Of a stretch of DNA of 64,000 nt, positions 58,448-64,000 are shown piece by piece (within the stretch, counting starts at the first letter, position 1; each line of letters starts with the position of its first letter). The DNA is taken from the NCBI RefSeq assembly GCF_009914755.1, contig NC_060929.1; one strand, written 5' to 3'. The notes beneath the pieces are model-generated. The model did not search any database and was not told where the DNA came from. It worked only from the letters and a program-made list of their open reading frames with translations. Source of the DNA: the human T2T-CHM13v2.0 reference genome, Homo sapiens. Both the position numbers and the translations under genes were made by a program.

Positions 58448-59280
58448 TGTTGATGGCTTGTATAAGACCTCGGTTCTTGTCTTCTTAGTTTAAAAGAATT
58501 TAAACAAGAGACACCCAGCAAAGGAGGTGAATCATAGAGTAATTTGTCGAAAAATAAAAAGATATTTTGCAGGTGGATCACTTGAGATCGGGAGGTCAAG
58601 ACCAGCCTGGCCAACATGGTGAAACCCCATCTCTACTAAAAATCAAAAATTAGCTGGGTGTGATGGCACGTGCCAGCTCCTCAGGAGGCTGAGGCAGAAG
58701 AATTGCTTAAACCCGGGAAGTGGAGGTTGCAGTAAGCCAAGATCATGCCACTACACTGCAGGCTGGGCGACAGAGCAAAACTCTGTCTAAAAAAAAAAAG
58801 CAGATTCCTTAAAAATGACCTTGGAGATAAAGTGGGATCTTGCCCCTGCCTGCCACTGGGACCCCAGCTCCCAACCCCTCTCCCCTTGCCACACTGGTTT
58901 TCTTCTCTGTCTGAAAAAAGAGAAAAGAAAAAAAGAAAAAGAATATTTTGAAAGGTCAGGGTGGGCTGCTCACGAGGATGAGTCAGCCAAGACTGGCACT
59001 AGGGAAGCTCCCTTTACAGGAATCTTCCAGCATTATTCATAAGGAGGTAGGAAGAGGTGTTACTATTATAGTAAGCATGTTCTGGGTGGTCTCTGGGTGC
59101 ACATGCTCAGTAGCCACACATACTTTTTCATACGTAGCATGTACAGTTCATTAGCATCTTAAATCTCCACCCAGGGGTGTGTTTTTACTATTATAATGAG
59201 CAAAGGGTCAGTCTGAGGACAGGTAAAATCAAAATGTGCATGCTGTCTGGAGGAGAAAGTCCCTACTGAATATAGCTTCA
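58448..59280 (-). mobile_element. ERV1-class LTR fragment, interrupted at 58570-58950
   Basis: GGTTCTTGTCTTCTTAGTTTAAAAGAATTTAAACAAGAGACAC...CATTAGCATCTTAAATCTCCACCCAGGGGTGTGTTTTTACTATTATAATGAGCAAAGGGTCAG resembles MER4-group LTRs; subfamily not assigned. Confidence 0.65.
58570..58935 (+). mobile_element. Composite insertion: 5'-truncated Alu + 105-bp copy of 53168-53272 + A-rich tail
   Basis: TSD AAAAAGATATTTTG (58556-58569) / AAAAAGAATATTTTG (58936-58950); 58801-58905 aligns ungapped to 53168-53272. Confidence 0.85.
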
Positions 59281-59424
59281 GTAGCCCAGCTAATTTTTGT
59301 ATTTTTAGTAGAGACAGGGATTCATCATGTTGTTCAGGATGGTCTTGATCTCTTGACCTCGTGATCCGCCCGCCTCAGCCTCCCAAAGTGCTGGGATTAC
59401 AGGCATGAGCCACCGCTCCCAGCT
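59281..59424 (-). mobile_element. Alu left-arm fragment
   Basis: CCCAGCTAATTTTTGTATTTTTAGTAGAGAC...CCACCGCTCCCAGC. Confidence 0.85.
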
Positions 59425-59613
59425 GAAGAAAGGTGTCTTTCTATCCACGGCCCTCTGCCCCTTCTTTGCCTAATGTTGAGGTGGAATGTTGGTCATGAAG
59501 GCAGCTTACCAGCTGTGTGATCCTGGTCAAGTTAGTTAACCTCTCTGTGCCGTGCTTTTTCTTTATCTGGAAAATGAAATGATAATATGCACATCTACCT
59601 CATAGTTATCTGA

Positions 59614-60061
<448 letters not shown>

Positions 60062-60822
60062 TAGACAGTGCATGGCTGCTTCCTGGAAACCTGTGGAGAA
60101 GCTGCAGAGGGGTCGATGACAATCCTGAGCCTGGCCCTGCCACTTGCACATTCAATGTCTCTGGCAAGTCCTCCCCCTTCAAAGCCCATTTCCCCATTGG
60201 TAGAATGAGAAGGATCAGGAATATTCCAGAACTCTAGGTCCCAGGGTGGCTTAGTCCCACTGAGGACTCCTGATGGCCCCCTTTGCTTGCTGACCTCCAG
60301 GAGATCTGATGGGGCTGAAGTGCCCACCTTGGTGGCCCGCCTTGTCTCTCTCACTCAACAGCTCTGGCCCTGAGAGAAAGCAGGCCCCAACCCAGGGCTG
60401 TCACATGAGCTGACCCCGCACTGGGCGGGGAAGGAAGGGCTGTGGTGGGAGCCCAGGGGAAAGGGCCCGTATGCCAGTGTGTTCACACAATCACATAAAC
60501 TCTCACACAGACAGACACACAGACATCAACCTTGACACACTCAACAGATAGGCATGCTCTGACACAGACACATAGTCAGACACTGTAGCCCCCAACACCT
60601 TCTCAAGACGATCACAGGCCTGGCCCCCTCCTGCCCCACCGTGTTGTGGAAGGGTGTGGCCTGGTGCTTTGCACATCATGGTTTTAAACAGATATTTGTT
60701 GACCGAACCAATGACAGCTTCATGGAGGGGTGCCCGACCTCAACCACCCCCAGATCGGGGTTTCCAAACACAGAAACTTGAGAGGATTTGAAATAGTTCC
60801 CAGGTGAGCCATTCTCAAATGT

Positions 60823-61197
60823 TGATATGGTTTGGGTCTGTGTCCCCACCCAAATCTCATCTTGAATTGTAATCCCCAGGTGTTTAGGGAGAGACCTAGT
60901 GGGAAGTGATTGGATTAAGGAGGCGGTTCCCCCTGCTGCTCTGGTGATAGATAGTGAGTGAATTCTCATGAGATCCGATAGTTTTATAAGGCAGTTTTCC
61001 CTGCTCTTGCTCACTCTTCTCTCTACTGCCGCCTTGTGAAGAAGGTGACTGCTTCCCCTTCCTCCATGATTGTAGATTTCCTGAGGCCTCCCCAGCCATG
61101 TGGAACCGTGACTCAGTTAAACCTCTTTTTTTTTTTTTTAAATAAATTACCCAGTCTTGGGCAGTTCTTTATAGCAGTGTGAGAACAAACTAACACA
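60823..61197 (+). mobile_element. THE1/MSTA-type MaLR solo LTR
   Basis: TGATATGGTTTGG.TCTGTGTCCCCACCCAAATCTCATCTTGAATTGTA...CTAACACA; TSD AATGT/AATAT. Confidence 0.9.
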
Positions 61198-62694
61198 AAT
61201 ATGTCTTAGATAAAAATGCAACTGACCAGGGGTGGTTACAATAGAATGACAGAAGTAATACAAGTTTTCTTCATTTTTAGAAGCTTCTTTTCAAAAAATA
61301 AATTAAAAGATAAAGGTAATAAAGGTTTTTTTTCCCCTAGGAGGCCTTTAAATAAAAATTTTAAGTAACTAGTAATACAGATGGAACTCAGATATGGCAA
61401 AGCCTAGGGTGCCTGAGGCTTGTGAAACACCGTTGACACCATCCCATCCAAACCCCTCTTCACCATCTCATAAATGGGGAAACCCAACCAGGGAACAGGT
61501 TCTTTCAAGATGAGCACTGATGTAGGGGCCTGGAGGGCAGGGCTCTGGGCTCTGATTCTGACTGACTGTGTGACCTCCGGCAAGTCACTTCATCCCTAGC
61601 CTCTTTCTGATTCCTCAACTGTGAAATCAGAGGGAAATGTATCCCTTCACCGATTGCCTCCCAGGGTGTTTGTGAGACTCACTAGAGGCACTTGGAGACC
61701 AGATTTAGGGAACTGCCTCAATTACAGGCAGAGCTGAGCCTAGAACCCAGGTCTTCTAAGGTCCCATGCAGGGCTTGCTCCAGAGCAGTACACAGCATGA
61801 TGAAGGGAAGAGAATAGATTTGGGAACAGAGAGACAGGTGCCTGAATTCAGTCTCTACCTGCTTATTCACTCCTTCAAATTTTTTGGAGTACCTACCATG
61901 GGTGTGACACAGTGCTAATTACTGGGAGGGCAATGGGGAGCTGAAGGAGGCAGGCATTGGTCAAAATATTATACAGATAAATGTAATGTAAGTGCAGTAA
62001 GTGCAACACATTGGTTCCCAATGTAGGGACAGAGAATTGTTCTGGTCAGGGAGGTCAGCATAGCCATCATCCCCCAGGAATGATGATCAAGCTGATGTTG
62101 AAGAAAGAGGGGAGGTTAACTTGGCAAAGGGAAAGTAAAAGCATCCCAGGCAGAGGAAACAGCCTATGCAAAGGTCCTGGGGCTGGATGGAGCGGGAGCA
62201 CTTGAGAAACATCAGCGTGGCTGCAGTACAGAGTACCAGGTGAGGCGTGCTCAGCCAAGAGAAGCTGGAGAGCTGGGCAGGACCAAGCAGGCAGAGCTCA
62301 CGGGCCCATTAGAATTTGGGCCATAATTGTTAGAGCAATGGGAATCCATTAAAGGCTTTTAAGCAGGGAGTGATATCCATTTTGATAAGCTCACTGGCTG
62401 CAAGTCAAGTGTGAAAGAAAGGAACATGAGGGGGGACTTCCTTTACAGAAACCAGAACATGCAATGAAGTCACTAAAATCAGATCGTTGTGATATTAGAA
62501 AGGCATAGACAAATAGATCTGTGGAACAGGATAAATAATCCAGAATTAGATCTCAGGATATAGATGTTAGCATTTGACAAAAGAAGTATCTCATCACAGT
62601 GGAAAAAGGATAGTTTATTTCACAAATGGTGCTGGCCTGATAATGTAACCCTCTGGAATAAATAAAATGAACCCTCATCTTAAACCACAAAATC

Positions 62695-62911
62695 GGGTGG
62701 TGGGAGGGGGGAAGGATAGCATTAGGAGATACACCTAATGTAAATGACGAGTTAACAGGTGCAGCACACCAACATGGCACATGTATACCTATGTAACAAA
62801 CCTGCACGTTGTGCACATGTACCCTAGAACTTAAAGTATATTAAAAAAAAAACTTGGAAAAATAAATAAATAAAGCTTGCCTACCATGAGTCATTAAAAT
62901 GTCAAAAAAAA
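62695..62911 (+). mobile_element. 5'-truncated L1PA 3' end (62695-62852) with extra 3' segment and second A tail, inserted in an older L1M ORF2 remnant (~62450-62990)
   Basis: GGATAGCATTAGGAGATA.ACCTAATGTAAATGACGAGTTAA...TACCCTAGAACTTAAAGTATA; TSD AAACCACAAAATC / ACCCCACAAAATC. Confidence 0.88.
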
Positions 62912-63079
62912 CCCCACAAAATCCAAAATTTCAGATAGATCAAAAATGTAAATGTAAGAATTAAAATAATACAAAATAATGTAAGATATTCTAGGACACT
63001 GTATGTTTAACATAGAGCAGGGGCCAGCAAACTACAGCACATGGGCCCCATCCAGCTGGCTGGCTGACTTAAAAAAAAA

Positions 63080-63625
63080 ACAGTTTTATTAAAATATAAT
63101 GCACATACCATATAATTCACTCACTTGAAGTATACAGGTCAATGATTTTTAGTATATTCTTAGATACATGCAACCATCACCAAAGTCAATTGTAGAACAT
63201 TTTCATCACTTCAGAAAGAAACTCCATACCTCTTAGCTATCAACCCCCATTCCCTATCCTCCCCAGCCCTAGGCAACCACTAATCTACTTTCTGTTTCTA
63301 TAGATCTGCCAATCCTGGACATTTCATATGAACAGAGTCATATTATAAGTGATCATCTGCAACTGTTCTTTTTTCTCTTAGCATGTTTTCAAGATTCATC
63401 CATGTTGTAGCAAGTATCAGAACTTCACTCCTTTTCATGGATGAATAATATTCCATTTTATGGATATCCCACATTTTGCGTATCCATTCATCCATTGATG
63501 GACATTTAGTTTGTTTCCTCCTTTTGGCTATTATGATTAGTGCTGCTATGAACATTCAGGTACCAGTATTTGTGTGAACTATGCTGCCATTTTTCTTGGG
63601 CATTTACCTAGAAGTAGAATTGCTG
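63080..63625 (-). mobile_element. L1MB 3' region
   Basis: CCCTAGGCAACCACTAATCTACTTTCTG...ATCCATTCATCCATTGATGGACATTT...TGCTGCTATGAACATTC. Confidence 0.85.
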
Positions 63626-63632
63626 CTGCCTA

Positions 63633-63944
63633 TTTTTTTTTTTTTTTTTTTTTTTTTTGAGACAGAATCTCGCACTGTTGCCTGTGCTGGAGGGCGGTGG
63701 CACGATCTCGGCTCACTGCAACCTCCGCCTCCCAGGTTCAAGAGATTCTCCTGCCCCAGCCTCCTGAGTAGCTGCGATTACAGGTACCCGCCACCACACC
63801 CAGCTAATTTTTTTGTTTGTATTTTTAGTAGAGATGGGTTTTCACCATGTTGGCCAGGCTGGTCTCAAACTCCTGACCTCTTGACCTGCCTGCCTCAGCC
63901 TCCCAAAGTGGTGGGATTAAAGGCATGAGCTACCACGCCCGGCC
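63633..63944 (-). mobile_element. Alu (S-type)
   Basis: Full antisense Alu. Confidence 0.92.
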
Positions 63945-64000
63945 TTCTGCCTGCCTATTTTTATAAACAATGTTTTATTCAAGCACATTCGTTGGCATAT

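Overview
Human (primate) genomic DNA at the HAND1 locus (by recognition of the encoded protein; 5q33). The only intact protein-coding gene is HAND1 (minus strand, two exons, CDS 11967-11425 + 9869-9765, 215 aa), set in a CpG-rich domain (~6.7-18.4 kb) with a TATA/CCAAT/GC/GATA/TCF promoter. Several motif-dense, repeat-free candidate enhancers lie upstream. A 3.4-kb processed pseudogene of VPS37A (27231-30662) sits inside an old L1 3' end. The rest is dense Alu/L1/L2/MIR/LTR/DNA-transposon sequence. The most unusual structures seen directly are: (1) a 266-bp fold-back element built from two inverted HERV-H-type (LTR7-family) R-U5 ends, inserted into an Alu with an apparent 5-bp target-site duplication; (2) a TSD-flanked Alu insertion carrying a 105-bp copy of the 3' flank of another Alu 5.6 kb away; (3) a short L1PA with an apparent 3' transduction; (4) let-7 and miR-196 sites lying between two HAND1 poly(A) signals. 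Repeat boundaries and subfamily calls were made by eye and are approximate.
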